NCBI RefSeq assembly: GCF_006345805.1
Contig: NC_042999.1
Coordinates: 169,756,001-169,820,000, forward strand
Length of the DNA: 64,000 nt
Source: Octopus sinensis
Taxonomy: Eukaryota
Reading direction: 5' to 3'
Below, in pieces: positions 13,301 to 27,880 of the stretch (the first letter of the stretch is position 1; every line of letters begins with the position of its first letter). The notes under the pieces were generated by a model. That model had not been told where the DNA came from and searched no databases. It worked only from the letters and a program-made list of their open reading frames with translations. A program made the position numbers and the translations under genes.

Positions 13301-13993
13301 GTAACGATAAGTTCTCTCATATGTCCCTTAGATCTTTGTTCATGCTTATTAAAAAGTAAAAGCAAGTACCGTCTCAAGTCCTAGAACTCACAGAGCTAGT
13401 TACCCAGTTTCCATGGGGTGTAAGTGATCTGAGATCCCAATCCTGAATAGGACACCAGTCTGTCACGGGGTTGCTAAATGAACTGAAGCAGTATGAAAAA
13501 GAAGTGTTTTGCTCAAGAACACAACACATCACCTAGTCTGGGAATTGAAACCAGGATCTTGTAATCAAAAGTGAAACACTCTAACGACTATTTAACACAC
13601 CTTCACTCCTACTCTTATTGGTAGCCATTTATTTGACAATATGTTTCAATCTCATCAAAACAACTTTGTCTCATCCTTGACTTAATTTCTTTGATGCTTT
13701 TTTTAAAAAAATCCTTTGACTTATTTCAAGGTTATTCTAATACCTCCTGTGTTGCAAATTAATGGCACTTTCTTTGAGATTGTCATTGTTTCTGTCAAAA
13801 CCCAGATCCATGTTTTCAGTTTTATCATTAAGAATACTATTGGAGTCCTGTGGCTTAGTGGTTAGGGTGTTTGACTCACGATTGTAAGATTGTGGTTTCG
13901 ATTCCATGATTGGGTGATGCGTTGTGCTCTTTTCATCAGCTAAATAGACTGGAACAATCCATTTTGCTGGTGAAAGTGAATATTCCACTAAAG

Positions 13994-14382
13994 TAAAGGT
14001 TCTCAACCCATTTTGGCCAAAGGCCCCTTTTGACCCTTGGAGTCACAAATGGACCCCCCCCCCCCGAAAATATTTTTATTTTACAATATACTACTTATTT
14101 TGATATCAGCAGACAATGATTAAAAAAATAAAGGATGTCATTTTACGTATTCGCTTGTACGCAATCAGGAGTACAGATGTACAAATTGAAATGCAAAAAC
14201 AAAAAAAACGAAATAATGAATTGAAAGTTTGGTAATTACATTTATTTCCACCACACAATACTTATGAGATCAATGTGTTGTCTATTGAAAGAGTGCTCAT
14301 TGATATATTTTGCTCCAAAATTCTCCCCATGAACTCCAAATGGCCCCCAGGGGGTCTATATGGCCACCGTTGAGAACCTTTG
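13994..14382. mobile_element. hAT (Charlie-like) MITE
   Basis: TIRs (T)AAAGGTTCTCAAC / GTTGAGAACCTTTG with a perfect 8-bp TSD CACTAAAG (13986-13993 and 14383-14390). Confidence 0.88.
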
Positions 14383-14702
14383 CACTAAAGGACTGGCATA
14401 CTGGTCAGAGGAGAATATATACGCTATGGAAGCTGAGAAAATAGTCCTCTTTATTAAGAGTACAAATGCATGTTTGTAGACCTTTCTTTGTTGTTGTTGT
14501 TATGAGGATTATATCAGCTGGATATAGTGTTGATATTTTGTCCTCCTTTCTGTATACCTGGTACATACTCAACAGATCACATCATTATTTCACTGCATAA
14601 TGCAAACAGACCTGTTGATAGCACACAACCTTGTTGTACGTTTTTATTTCTCTTTTCATCTTGCTCTATTCATTTCCAAATCTGATAGTTGCTGTTTGTT
14701 GC

Positions 14703-15300
14703 CATCATCATCATCATCGTTTAACGTCCGCTTTCCATGCTAGCATGGATTGGACAATTTGACTGAGGACTGATGAACCAGATGGCTGCACTAGGCTCCA
14801 ATCTGATCTGGCAGAGTTTCTACAGCTGGATGCCTTTCCTAACGCCAACCACTTCAAGAGTGTAGTGGGTGCTTTTATGTGCCACTGGCACAAAGGCCAG
14901 TCAGGCGGTACTGGCAACGGCTATGCTCAAATGGTGTTTTTTATGTGCCACCTGCACAAGAACCAGTCCAGCAGCACTGGCAACGACCTCACTCGAATGT
15001 TTTTTTACGTGCCACCGGCACAGGTGCCAGTAAGGCGACGCTGGTAATGATCACGCTTGAATGGTGCTTTTTACATGCAACTGGCATGGAAGCCAGTCAG
15101 CTGCTCTGGCAATGATCACGCTTGGATGGTGCTCTTAGCGCTCCACTAGCATGGATGCCAGTCTTTGATTTTGATTTTGATTTTGCTTGCCTCAACAGGT
15201 TTCTGCAAGCAGGGTTTAGTGTCCAATGAAAGAAAAGTACGCATAAGTGAGCTGGTTACACTCCTGGTATAGGTCATGGGTTATGGTCTAACTTGGTCTT
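14703..15300 (-). mobile_element. SINE-like family B, long copy
   Basis: Colinear with 11507-12175. Confidence 0.85.
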
Positions 15301-16275
15301 CTGATTATTCCTAAATCCTTTCCATTAACATTTATATCTAGTAAGAAGCATGCAGGATGCTCGGGTGTCTGTAGAAAACTAGCCATCATCAGTATGACAG
15401 AAGGAAAGAGATTAGAACTAAACATAATTTAATCACTGTAATTGAAGGATTTATGACCTTCTAGTAGACATTTTAGGAAACAAAATTTAACTGAGCTAAA
15501 TTTAATTGTATAGTGAATGGTACAACCAACCATATGCTATGAAATGATTGGTATACTATGTCATACCCTTACGCACAGGATGGTACAACCAGATACACAA
15601 TCTTGTGTAACAAATGGTAGAATCAAGCATATACTTATGAATGGCATAACTAATCACACAGTTTTAGACACATCACCCGACAACTTAATAATTCTGCCAG
15701 CCTCCGGTCTTTTACTGACATTTTAGTCATCAACTCTGGAAGAATGTAAGGAAAAGTCAACCTCAGCAGGATTTGAACTCAGATAGCAAAATGCTGGAAT
15801 AATGCATTGGGTGCTCTATTGAGGTCAATTCACTTGCCTGTAACAACGATAATGTATAGAATTTCATTGCTCTGTAAATTATATATCAGTAATGCAGTGT
15901 GGCCGCTTAAATAAACAACTGCTATACAAAAGAAAGTCAGTTTACATTTCACACGCACACACACACATGCACGCACACATTCATTCGACAATCAAAGCCA
16001 ATACTGGTGACACCTGCCTAACATAGTTTCTGGCTACTTAAGGACTCTTAGCAAACAGTAGTACTGTCCTTATGAATGACTGTCAATATTGTTTTATACC
16101 AACGAAACTACTTCAGTGACTCAAAACATTTTCATTCATTGCCAGTTATTTTCAAAGTATTCTTCAATCCCGTCCCAAACATCTGCCCCTTGTCTTCAAC
16201 CAACAAAAATAAGCCCAAGTTGCTTCATTGGCATCTTTCCAATATTCTTAGAAATTAATCAAAGCATTATGGAGA

Positions 16276-16683
16276 TACTCTTTACTCTCTCTTTACTCTT
16301 TTACTTGTTTCAGTCATTTTACTGCGGCCGTGCTGGAGCATTGCGTTTAGTCAAGCAAATTGACCCCAGGAATAGTACTTATTCCATTGGTCTCTTTTAC
16401 TGAACCGCTTAGTTACGGGGACATAAACACACCAGCATCGGTTGTCAAACGATGTTGGGGGGACAAACACAGACACACAAACACATACATACATACATAC
16501 ATATATATACACACATATATATATATATGACGGGTTTCTTTCAGTTTCTGTCTACCAAATCCACTCACAAGAGTTTGGTCAGCCCGAGGCTATAGTAGAA
16601 GACACTCGCCCAAGGTGCCATGCAGTGGGACTGAACCCGGGACCATGTGGTTGGTAAGCAAGCTACTTACCACACAACCACTC
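16276..16683 (-). mobile_element. SINE family A
   Basis: Full-length homolog. Confidence 0.9.
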
Positions 16684-17069
16684 CTATGCCTATGAAAATA
16701 AATATGAAAATAAATATAGCAATTGATTTGAAATATCTGTTTCCTTAGCTATTATTCTAAATAATAGTAATAGTAATAGTAGAAATAGTAGTAGTTGCAG
16801 CAGCAGTAGTAGTAGTAGTAGTAATGAAATTGGCTTTTTATTTCAATAATAGTAATAACAACAGCAACAACAATAACAACAGTTTCTGGTTTCGGTATAA
16901 AAAGGCAATGAGCTGATAAAATTCGTTCTGGTTCTTTACCTTCTGAGTTCAAACCCAGCAAAGGTAAATTTTGCCTTTTATCTTTTTGGGGTCAATAAAA
17001 CAAAGAATCAGTCTGAGAATTAGGTTGATGGTATCAACTAATCTTCTTCCTTCTGCCCAAATCACAAAT

Positions 17070-17343
17070 CCGACTGGCTCCAGTGCCGGTGGCACGTTAA
17101 AAGCACCAACCGATCATGACCGATGCCGGACCCCACCTGGCACCTGTGCAGGTGGCACGTAAAAAGCACCCACTACACTCGCGGAGTGGTTGGCGTTAGG
17201 AAGGGCATTCAGCTGTAGAAACATTGCCAGATCAGACTGGAGCCTGGTGCAGCCACCTGGCTTCCCAGATCCCAGTCGAACCGTCCAGCCTGTGCTAGTG
17301 CGGAAAACGGACGTTAAACAATGATGATGATGATGATGATGAT
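17070..17343 (+). mobile_element. SINE-like family B, 3' part
   Basis: Homologous 3' end with (GAT)n tail. Confidence 0.85.
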
Positions 17344-18194
17344 CCTTTATTACATCCATTATTACATCATTATCCTTATTACACTTTGTAACAAAATTTA
17401 TTTTTTTGTCTTTGACCAGTTAGTACTACTTCCTATTTGCTTCTATCTAGAAACCAATGGAAATGACTACCATTCCATTCAGACTTGGCTCTTGTGACCT
17501 GCACATCAATGTCTTGAAACTGATCTGTTTTCCATTACATTTCAGATCCAGCACTGAATTGCTGAAGCAGAAATATCGTTATAGCAAATATTCTGCTCAA
17601 TACCACGGATTTGCTTGTCAGTTGCTTGACCTTAACTAGTTGAGCATGTCCTTTAGTGGCTGACGATATGTGCATCTCTGACCACAAGCAGAAGCAGTGG
17701 GGGAGCATCATAGCCGTGTGTTGAGAGGAATTCTTTGGGGCTTGAATAAAGCAAAATTTGAAGGAAATATTAGCTATTTTTCATACTTTCTAAGGGTAAG
17801 TAAACAGGAAATAACAGTTGGTACCCAGGGACAAAAACCATATTACACAGTATTGTTGTTGTTGTTGTTATTATTAGAAGGGGACTATCTCAAGTACCTG
17901 TAAATAATAGAGTAAGAGAGAAGAGGTGGAAAACTGAAAGAAGGAGTAATTAGAAGAGTGACATAATGAAATAATAGATGTAGGGAGAGAGGGAGAGAGG
18001 GAGAGAGAGAGAGAGGAGAGGGGAGGAATTCGTGTAGAGTAGCAAAGTATATGGGGCAGTGAGACGTTAGGAAATGAAGAGAAGAGGCTGAGGCAGTGGG
18101 AAAAGGAAGGGAAACACATATCTTTTATAGAGAGGGGAATTGAAAAATAAGGAAAGTCCATGGGTGACTGAGTGGAAATGATGAAGGAAAATGT

Positions 18195-18790
18195 GAACGT
18201 GACCTGGGCATTATTGTTGACAGTGATTTGCGTTGGACAAAACACATTGCTAAAATTGCCAAGAAGGCTGAGGATGTCTTGGCATCACTTACCAAGTCCT
18301 TTGTGAGCTGCTCTCCAGCTATCTATCTGAGGCTTTATATAGCTATGGTGCGGCCTCACCTGGAATTTGCATCACCGGTCTGGAACCCCTATCTTGCCCA
18401 GGATATTAATCGTCTGGAAGTCGTTCAGCGATGTGCAACCAATAGAATACCCTCCATCAGGCATTTGCCATATTCTGAACGCCTTACTTCCCTGGGAATG
18501 GATACATTGAAATGCTGACATCTGGCAACTGACCTGGCAGACACCCATAAAATTATTAACCATCTTACAAACAATAACTCTGAGCACCTTTACAAACTCC
18601 ACCTGTCTAACACTAGTGGACATTTTTACAAACTCAGAAAACAGCACAGCTCCCATGACTTTCTGAAACATTTTTTCACGCTAAGAGTTGCTGAAACATG
18701 GAACAAACTGCCAGCATCAGTTGTTAGAGCACTGCATCCTTCAAAACTTCCATGCTTTCTGAGATTCTGCCTCTTAGCAGCAGCATTGGC
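18195..18790 (+). mobile_element. CR1/L2-type LINE, 3' RT fragment
   Basis: WTKHI...LYIAMVRPHLEFASPVWNPY...LEVVQRCAT, then FFTLRVAETWNKLP; contains stops. Confidence 0.88.
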
Positions 18791-20888
18791 TGGGCCTGTC
18801 TGCATGTTGTACCTCCAGAGGCAATGCGCCTGCACTAATGGAGCTTCTACACAATGCACACAGCTAAAGATGGTTGCTGAGAGCAGCACCCTTCACCTAT
18901 CCTGTGAACCCTGTAAATTACATTTGCACTTGAAGTCTTCTCTCTTCACCTGAACTACACAAAGAACAATAAGAGATAATAGAAGGCAATATTCTCCCAA
19001 TATCGTAAACCTTGCTATCCATTTAAATGTAATGATTTATAGTCAAAGAAAAAGTGCTATTTTAAGATGAAGGCTGATAAAAAAGTTAAAAGTACTATAA
19101 AAAAATCAAAGAATATTTGATTTTTTGTTGTTGCTTTTTATTCATAAAGGATTTAAATCAAGAAAGTTTTTGCTTGATTGAATATGAGATCAATGCAAGT
19201 ATCTGATGGTATGAAGGTGAAAAACTTAGAAATCGACAAAGGAAAGAGACAAATATTTGATGAAGCCAACAAGGGAGCATAGGTACTTGACCTGCTATGA
19301 ACAACTGCCAAATCTCCCTAAAATCACACCTTACTATCTTAAAAAGAGATGGGCACAGTGAATAGTACAGTCCTGACTATATTGGTTTCAAGTTTTGGCA
19401 CAAGGCCAGTAGATTTTGGGGGTGAGACAGAGTCAAGTAAATTGACCCCCCAGTGTTCAACTTGTACTTATTTTATTGATCTCAAAAGGATGAAAAGCTA
19501 AGTTGACCTTGGCTAAATCTGAACTCAGAACATAAAGATGGACAAAATGCTGATCAGCACATTTCCTGGCTTGCTAACAGTTCTTCTAGCTCATCTCCTT
19601 ACAATCCTAAATACATTAACTATATTGGTTTTTCTCACATCACATAATTATTCATAGTTAGCTTTTAAAAGCTTTCTACATTAAATGCATTAAAACTTAC
19701 CAAGGTTCACAGAAAAAAATTGGCAAGCTCCATTTGTGCAAAAAGTGTAAAATCTAACATTTTGAGCATCGTCCTTCATCAAGTATCATATGTTGGCTGG
19801 GTCAAAAAATGAAGTCAGGAAGCAAGCAAGCATTTCCACATGTAGGCATACAGTTCCTGAAGCCAACCACTTAATTATGGTTCCTAGGCCATTGACCAAA
19901 GAGCTAAGTGTTTAAGCTTTGCTATTGCCATTATACTGTACTAAAGTACACTACTTCACTGATAGCCAGGAAAAATATGCAATTACAAGACTAAGTAATA
20001 ACTGAGATATTATGAGTTACCAGAAGTATTTAGTGTGTTTACAACAAAAAGCTTAACGATGACAGAACAGAACACAATTATGAAATAGTGTTTTAGATAA
20101 GACTGTTAGTGATAAGTGTTGGTCTTGGCAGTGGAAGAAGAAATGGAGTTGTGAGGAAGAAAGCCGAAGATGAGATGAGTTTACATGGCTGCATTCACAG
20201 ATGTAGAAAGGCAGTTTATCATTCAGTTCTGAGATGAAGGATGAAGGAGCACGTGTGGCTGTGAATGAAGTGATATGTACAAACGTATAGGCACTGACAT
20301 GGCTGTGTGGCAAGAAGTGCGCTTCCCAAGCACATGGTTCCAGATCCAGTGCTACTACATGGTACTTAGGCTGTCTTCTAATATAGCCCCAGGCCAGCTG
20401 AAGCCTTTTCAGTCGATTTGGCAGATGGAAACTGAAAGAAGCCCGTCGTATGTATCAATTTAATACACAACTGAAAGAGTTAGAAATAGGTTCATGCTTT
20501 TATGATACAATAAAATACACCACATATATCCTAGCCATCTTTCAGGCTCTGTTCACGCATTATATCTCTCTAAATATATTTAAAAAACAAGGAAGCTGGA
20601 CAGTAAGAAAATAAGAAAAAAAGACAAGAATAAAAACACAAAGAAGTTTGAAGCAAAAGATGGGACAAAAACAAAGAAACGAAGGTGAGAAAACTAAGAC
20701 CCCCCCCCTGTCCTCCCTGGTCGCAAAAACCACAATTAATACAACAGGTGTCTACACAAAATAAGAGAAAATATGTCATGGTCTGCAAGAGAGTAATTCA
20801 TATTGGAGTGGGTGGTATTCTCCAGTTCGACAGAAGATACCTGTTCATGTATATAAATATATATCCATGTGTCTATGCATGTATAGTG

Positions 20889-21220
20889 AAGGCGCATGGC
20901 TCAGTGGTTAGAGGGTTGAGCTTACGATCGTGAGGTTGTGAGTTCGAATCTGGGACCGGGCTGCGTGTTGTGTTCTTGAGCAAGACACTTTATTTCACGT
21001 TGCTCCAGTTCACTCAGCTGTAGAAATGAGTTGCAACGTCACAGGTGCCAAGCTGTATCGGCCCCATTGCCTTTCCCTTGGATGACACTGGTGGCGTGGA
21101 GAGGGGAGGCCAGTATGTACGGGCGACTACCGGCCTTCCATAAACCTTGCCCAGACTTGTGCCTGGGAGGGTAACTTTCTAGGTGCAATCCCATGGTCAT
21201 TCATGACCGAAGGGGGTCTC
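20889..21220 (+). mobile_element. tRNA-derived SINE family C
   Basis: A/B-box head GGCTCAGTGGTTAGA...GAGTTCGAATC, central GCAAGACACTTTATTTCACGTTGCTCCAGTTCACTCAGCTGTAGAAATG block, (CAT)n tail. Confidence 0.85.
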
Positions 21221-22260
21221 ATCATCATCATCATCATATGTGTGTATGTTTCTGTATTATGCTTGCCACCCCTCCCTCACCACTGTTTTAACAATTGGTG
21301 TTAGTTTGTTTATGTCCCTGTGACTCTGACAGAATAAGAACCAAGCTTAAGGACAAAAAATAAGTACTGCAGTCGATCCATCTGACTAAATTCCTTCAAG
21401 GTAGTGCTGCAGCATGGCCGTAGATTCTGGTGATCTTATGGGTTAGCTTCCTTTATTTACATTAATTTGTGAATATACAATTATGCTGTATAATGCTGCA
21501 TATTGATGCAAACATGTGTGTATAACTTTTGTACACTGAAATTAATAGTACATGTAGAAGGTTATGAAACAGCTGTAAGCATCTGAAAATCATGTGGAAA
21601 AATAAATCTGTCTCTACTTCTCATACTTCCTGACTTCATGCTTCGTTTGTTTGTTTGCTTGTTTGTATGTATGTGTGTGTGTGTGTGTATGTGTGTGTGT
21701 GTGTTTGTTGTTTACTTCCAAACCAACCTTGGGTGCACAGATTTATGGTCAAGGGCATTCTATGACTATCCACTCTTTTTTTTTTCAGGCATATTATTTC
21801 TATGGTTACCTTATGTTATATGTTCTTTCTTTGTTAAGGCAGTTGGGTATAATCTGAGGATAATTTGGTTGCTATTTCTAGCAAGTCAAGTGACCATGTA
21901 GAAGCCCTCTTGTTGGTTTGTTAGGTTTAAATTGCAAATATACATCTGTATGATAATCATCTTAAGTGCTATTAGTTCAGTTGAAAATCTCCAGATCTAG
22001 CTGTCTCTTCCTTTGCAGTCATTTTCAATGTGTTCACAATTTGAGAACTTTTTTTTAATCATGCCCATTTCCTGCAGTAAATTGTTACGACTCCAATAAA
22101 GTGCAACAGGATGTATGCTCTGCTTATTCTTGTGTGCAAGCAATTATGAGAGTCTCATTACATGGTCTGTTGATTTGTTAGAAACAGCTGCCAAATCTCA
22201 CTAAATTCATACCTTATTATCTTAAAAAGAAAGGATATGCTGGATAATGTAGTTTAGATA

Positions 22261-22622
22261 TACTCTTTTACTTGTTTCAGTCATTTGACTGAGGCCATGC
22301 TGGAGCACCGCCTTTAGTCGTGCAAATCGCCCCCATGACTTATTCTTTGTAAGCCTAGTACTTATTCTATCGGTCTCTTTTGCCAAACCGCTAAGTTACG
22401 TGGATGTAAACACACCATTGGTTGCCAAGCGATGTTGGGGGTACAAACACAGACACGCAAACATACATATATACAAGCTTCTTTCAGTTTCCGCCTACCA
22501 AATCCACTCACAAGGCTTTGGTCGGCCTGAGGCTATAGTAGAAGACACTTGCCCAAGGTGCCATGCAGTGGGACTGAACCCAGAACCATGTGGTTTGTAA
22601 GCAAGCTACTTACCACACAGCC
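22261..22622 (-). mobile_element. SINE family A
   Basis: Full-length homolog. Confidence 0.9.
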
Positions 22623-23993
22623 AAATTCCTTCCTTCACATAATTTCAACGTTTACCATCAATTATTTTAATGAGATACTTTTAGCTCTTGCCTCACATGT
22701 TTTCATGCCAATATGGTGGGTGGAATAACTCTGAAGAATACACAAATTGTTCAAGCAATTATTGATATGGCTGGATGCCATTTCTGCTGCTAACCATTCA
22801 GTTGAGAGGTAAAAATAGAACCTATTGTCAGCCAGGTGAAGTAGAGGTGTGTTTCTTGTCCAGGAGCTAAATAATAAATATTGCAAGCCATTGTGTTCAA
22901 TGTCTTTTATTAGTTTTAGTCATTGGACTGTGGCCATACTGGAGCAGCACCATGTAGAGTTTCAATCAAACAAACCGACCACCAATACTTATTCTTTCAA
23001 GTCTGGTATTTATTCCATTATGGGGGACATAAACCAACACAAAGACACACATGTGTAATTATAACAGGCTTCTTCATAGTTTCCGTCTGCCAAATTTACT
23101 CACAAGTCCTGAGCTAGAGAAGACATTGGTTCAAAGTGTTGTACAGAGGAACTGAACTTGGTGCCTTTTAGTTGCAAAGCAAGTTTTTTTAACCAGTCTT
23201 GTCTGGGCCTATATTATAGCTGTTTATCGAATCAAATGAGATAACATCATCTCAAAGGTGTCAAAATGAAAATTCTAATGCTGTTATTGGACTTATGAAC
23301 TTTTCTAACTAAAATATACAAAACACAATGGCTATGAGTTTAAAAAGCTGTGCTGGTCCTAAAGGTGAAAGCAAAAAATCCAGTTTGCCACTCTGAACAA
23401 GGGACATAACTCTGCTTGCACCTTTAATTTGTGCGAGATCTGTTTTCATTTTATCACGTTTTAGCAGGAAGAATTAGTCCCTAAAAGACTCTTCCCCAAC
23501 CATACTAAGATGGAAAAAAGTAAAACAGTAAAGAAAGAAAGAAAAAAAGAACCTCATTATAACGTATTTCTGTTCTTGTATTCAGTTTTCACATGAGAAT
23601 GAGCTTTTCGAAGTAGATTAACACAAATGAGATGACTGTCACCCTTTCACTTTTACATCTGTAAATTCTAGTTTCAATTAAGTATGGAATAAGCAAACGT
23701 TTAGCTTTTAATACTGATTCGACCAAATATTTGTCAGATTTAGTGGATAGATATTGTGTAGAACACTGTCAGAGGAACTGATCCCGTTCTTGAGTGGCAG
23801 ATTTCAACTGTCAACTGGTTTCTTTAGTGGAGTGTTTCTCAACTATTTTTTAAAATCTTTTGCCAATTTGATTCATTCCTATTTTACTCTACAGGACCTC
23901 CATAGCCATTTGATGCAAATAAAAAAAAATCCTATTATGTTTTCATAATTAAATATAAGGAATTGCATAAAAAATGAAAAATTGAACGTGTAC

Positions 23994-24378
23994 GAGTGGC
24001 TGTGTGGTAAGTAGCTTGCTAACCAACCACATGGTTCCGGGTTCAGTCCCACTGCGTGGCACCTTGGGCAAGTGTCGTCTACTATAGCCTCGGGCTGACC
24101 AAAGCCTTGTGAGTGGATTTGGTAGACGGAAACTGAAAGAATCCCGTCGTATATATGTATATATATATGTATGTGTGTATATGTTTGTTCCCCCAACATC
24201 GCTTGGCAACCAATGGTGTGTTTACGTCCCCGTAACTTAGCGGCTCGGCAAAAGAGCCCAATAGAATAAGTACTAGGCTTACAAAGAATAAGTCCTGGGG
24301 TCGATTTGCTCGACTAAAGGCGGTGCTCCAGCATAGCCACAGTCAAATGACAGAAACAAGTAAAAGAGTAAAGAGAGT
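23994..24378 (+). mobile_element. SINE family A
   Basis: Full-length homolog, inverted relative to 22261-22622. Confidence 0.9.
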
Positions 24379-24863
24379 ATGTTGTGGAAGTATAAGCAAC
24401 TATGGTACATAAATTTTAACAGAAAAATCTTAGACTTGGCTGAGAATCACTGCTTTAGTGGAATCCAAGGTGCAAGCATTTGGGCTAGGGTTTTGGCTTG
24501 AGGATAATTCTCTCCTTTTCTATAACCGTCTTGGTGGCCCTGAAAAGGGTCATTAGTACTATTCCTCTTCAAGAGATTAAAAAAAAACAAAACCCTTTAT
24601 TCTTTTGAATGAATTCAATTCAAGAGCTACTTCCCCGCCTGAATTTGCAGATCAATCGAGATCATTCCATTCCAAGCATTCTTCAGTCTCCTTCACCAAA
24701 TAATCTATTTAATTTTAAACTCAGATATAATTCTGATAAGGAAAAAACTTTTAGAATTTGACAAGACCATACTGGAGCACTACTTTCAGTTGGGCAGTGG
24801 AACAAGAGAAGGAAAGAAAGAGGAAAAGTGTGCAGTAGAGAAATGATTAACAGAGGAAGTGGA

Positions 24864-24867
24864 AAGA

Positions 24868-24931
<64 letters not shown>
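24864..24931. repeat. (GA)n microsatellite
   Basis: Pure AG run. Confidence 0.97.
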
Positions 24932-24933
<2 letters not shown>

Positions 24934-25326
24934 GTATAAGAAAAAGTATTTGAAAACACAGCAGCTTGGTCATAGCTTTGTTTATTTCCCTCAAGCTGTT
25001 TAGCAATATTGACAAAGAGTATCAATGTACAAATACAATAGGAGTACCGACAAGTCAAATGGTGTCCGTAGCAGCAGTTTTCTATTTCTTAACCCTCTTT
25101 TCACTCCCAGCCTTTGCCTCTACAATATGTTAAAGGAACATTAAAAATACGTTTTTTTTCTTCTTTATTTTTAGCTTTGTAATTAAATATTTATATATTT
25201 TCCCCCTTTTTTTCAAATCTTAAAATTTCCTTCATTTTTTTTTATAACTTTTAAATTTAAAAAAAAAATTGTATTTTTTTTACTTTTTAAAACTCTTATG
25301 CATGTTGTTTTAATTTTTTAAAAGAT

Positions 25327-25332
25327 TTTATT
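25327..25332 (-). terminator. Candidate polyadenylation signal (AATAAA) for MRM2
   Basis: TTTATT on the + strand about 120 nt past the MRM2 stop, followed by T-rich sequence on the minus strand. Confidence 0.45.
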
Positions 25333-25382
25333 AAAAAAAATTTGTTATCAATCCTGTTTTTAGTGGGAGAAACAGATATGTA

Positions 25383-25413
<31 letters not shown>

Positions 25414-25452
25414 CTGTGTGCGTGTGCATGTGAGTGTTAAATATTTCTTCCT

Positions 25453-25892
25453 TCACCGAATATGTGTCTTATTTGGTGAATAGCCTTTTCCAAGCAGAAA
25501 TATTTCTGCTGAATCTCCCCTACTAGCTTGGGGTTTGACAATTTTAACAGTCTGAAAAACTTCACCCAACCGTTTCTCCAATTCCTTTTGTTCATGGCCT
25601 TGCCACAGTTTGCAGAGGAGTGCACCATCCTGCTGGAGAACGCTGTGAGAGAATTCGAGAACAGAAAAACAAAGTTCTATAATAAGATCATGGTCCATTG
25701 AACGGATTCCTGTAGTATTCGGGGCCATGTCGCTGAGAATGATGTCTGCCTTACGTCCGTTGAGCATTTCAATTATTTTGCTTTGGGTGTGGCCCTTTGT
25801 GAAGTCCATTGTAGATAGTGTGATGGCCCCTTTCACAGGAACCATAAACTGTTTGTCAATGCTTATCACACAGCCCTCGGCTTGACTTTTGG
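25453..25892 (-). CDS. MRM2: rRNA methyltransferase 2, mitochondrial (RlmE/FtsJ family), exon 2
   Basis: Polypyrimidine acceptor TTCTTATTGCAG| at 25893. Phase 1 joins exon 1 (G+CC = Ala). Encodes ...ADIILSDMAPNTTG...LCKLWQG...KPQASRGDSAEIFLLG with catalytic D, K and E. TGA stop at 25455-25453. Confidence 0.95.
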
Positions 25893-27880
25893 CTGCAATA
25901 AGAAAAAGAAATAGAAAACATTTAAAAGTAAATAAAAATAATTGTTTCTAGTTTAGGCAAAAGGCTAGCAATTTTTGAGAAAAGGAGCTTAGCTAATTAA
26001 ATTGATCCCAGTACTTGACCGGCACATTATTTTGTCAACCCCCAAAAAATGATTTGAACTTAGAATGTACAGATTCAGCTGAAATACTGAGAGGAATTTC
26101 TTCTAACACCCTAATGATTCTGTCAAACCATCGTCCTTAATAAAAATAATAATAACAACAATAATCCTTTCCACTATAGGTACAGACCTGAAATTTTGGA
26201 AGATGGGGTTAGTTGATTACACTGACCCCATTACTCAACAGATAATTATTTCATTAACCCCAAAAGGATGAAAGGCTAAGCTGAATATGAATTAACATCA
26301 GAAAAACGGACCAAATGCCACTCAGCATTTTGTTCACATTCTAACAATTCTGCAGCTTGCCACCAGTAAATAAGAGAAGCAACTATTCAAACCAAAATGT
26401 CCGAAAATATAATTTGCAGCAATAAAGTTTCAATAAAAATGCTTTTTAGAATATTTTTTTATAGCTAAATATACAAAATTCTATAACTATACAGATTTAA
26501 TTACCTTCCAAAACAAAATCCACAAGCCCGTACATACATTTAAATGTCTAGAGACATTGTACAGTCTTTCACATTAAAAAAAAAATACTACTGAACCATC
26601 AAAACATCACTAGGAAGCTAGGCTGGCTTCTGAAAAGAAAGTGTCTTGGTGCATGTGTCTGAAATTTACAGAAATAACTAATTCATATTAGTCTGGTAAA
26701 ACAAATGTAGACTGTTTAATGAGAACAATTATCTTCCATTTTCAACAATGCACCAAAATGTCTCAGATGATGCATCACAGGAACATAAATTGAAATCTTA
26801 AAAACAGCCATTGTGTTATATATCTATGGGAGAGGCACAGAACCATTCTCCCTTCAAAGTGAAACATGAAGAAATTTAATGATGGTCTGCTTTGACTCTG
26901 TTCAAACTGCTAAAATCTCCTGGCCTTTCTCAAGACAAACTTCTTAAACATTGTACCCATCATGTGTTTGCTTCCAAACGGATTGTTGTTTAGCCTCAAG
27001 CAAACAAATGTGTGATGAAAGTATTTTAGACATGACCATGGACAGCATTAAACAAGTTGTCCTTCCAGAGTGCTGAGAGTACAGGAGATTTGACTGTTAT
27101 TTCCAGCAGCTTTCTCATTGCTGAGTATTGGTTAAAAGGACATCCAACTACAACAGCCATAAAAAAAAAAAAAGAAATAAACTGGTCTTCAGTTCAAAAG
27201 ATTCAAAAATAACTTTCAAATGTTTCCTTTATCAAATACCAACTTAACAATTGATATGCATGCAGATGGTGCCTCTGAGTTGCCATAAAATTATATATTT
27301 CACTCTGCTAGCCTATATACTCTCTTGTCCATTAACTCAGTGATTCTTTCATTTGCAAAAATGGTGAAATCTATGTTTGACTGATGAGCTTCTAATAAGT
27401 TTGACATTATTACATTTGTTGAAATATAAAAATACTGTTATGTTGGTGGGTGGGGCATCATACAGCCAAAATACACTCATTGGTTGAGATTCACTTCAGT
27501 TTTAGTTACAGTATCAAAAATTCTTCATCACACATAACTGTGACCATTTCAATGTGTGATGAAAATTTTTTGCATGGCTGAGTGGCTAAGAACTTGCTTT
27601 CAAACCATGTGATCTTGTGTTCAATCCTACGGTGAGCAACTCAGGAAAGTGTCTTTTACTATAGTCCCAAGCTGACCAAAGTACCTTAATGGTGAGGGAT
27701 ATTTGGCCCACAATTGTAAGGTCATGAGTTTGATTCCTGGTGGCTGTGTCCTTCAGCAAGACACTTTATTCCACGTTGCTCCAGTCCACTCAGCTAGCAA
27801 AAATGAATGGCCCCTGTATTCCAAAGGGTCAGCCTCGTCACACTCTGGGTCATGTTGAATCTCCTTCAGAACTACATTAA

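Noticed and set aside
20889-20970. tRNA-like sequences at SINE heads (also 51743, 57385, 13850)
   Set aside because: They have A/B boxes but no closed cloverleaf, and they continue into SINE bodies.
22261-24378. Inverted SINE-A pair as a dsRNA element in the MRM2 3'UTR
   Set aside because: An AATAAA lies about 120 nt after the stop, so the pair is probably outside the mRNA unless a distal poly(A) site is used.
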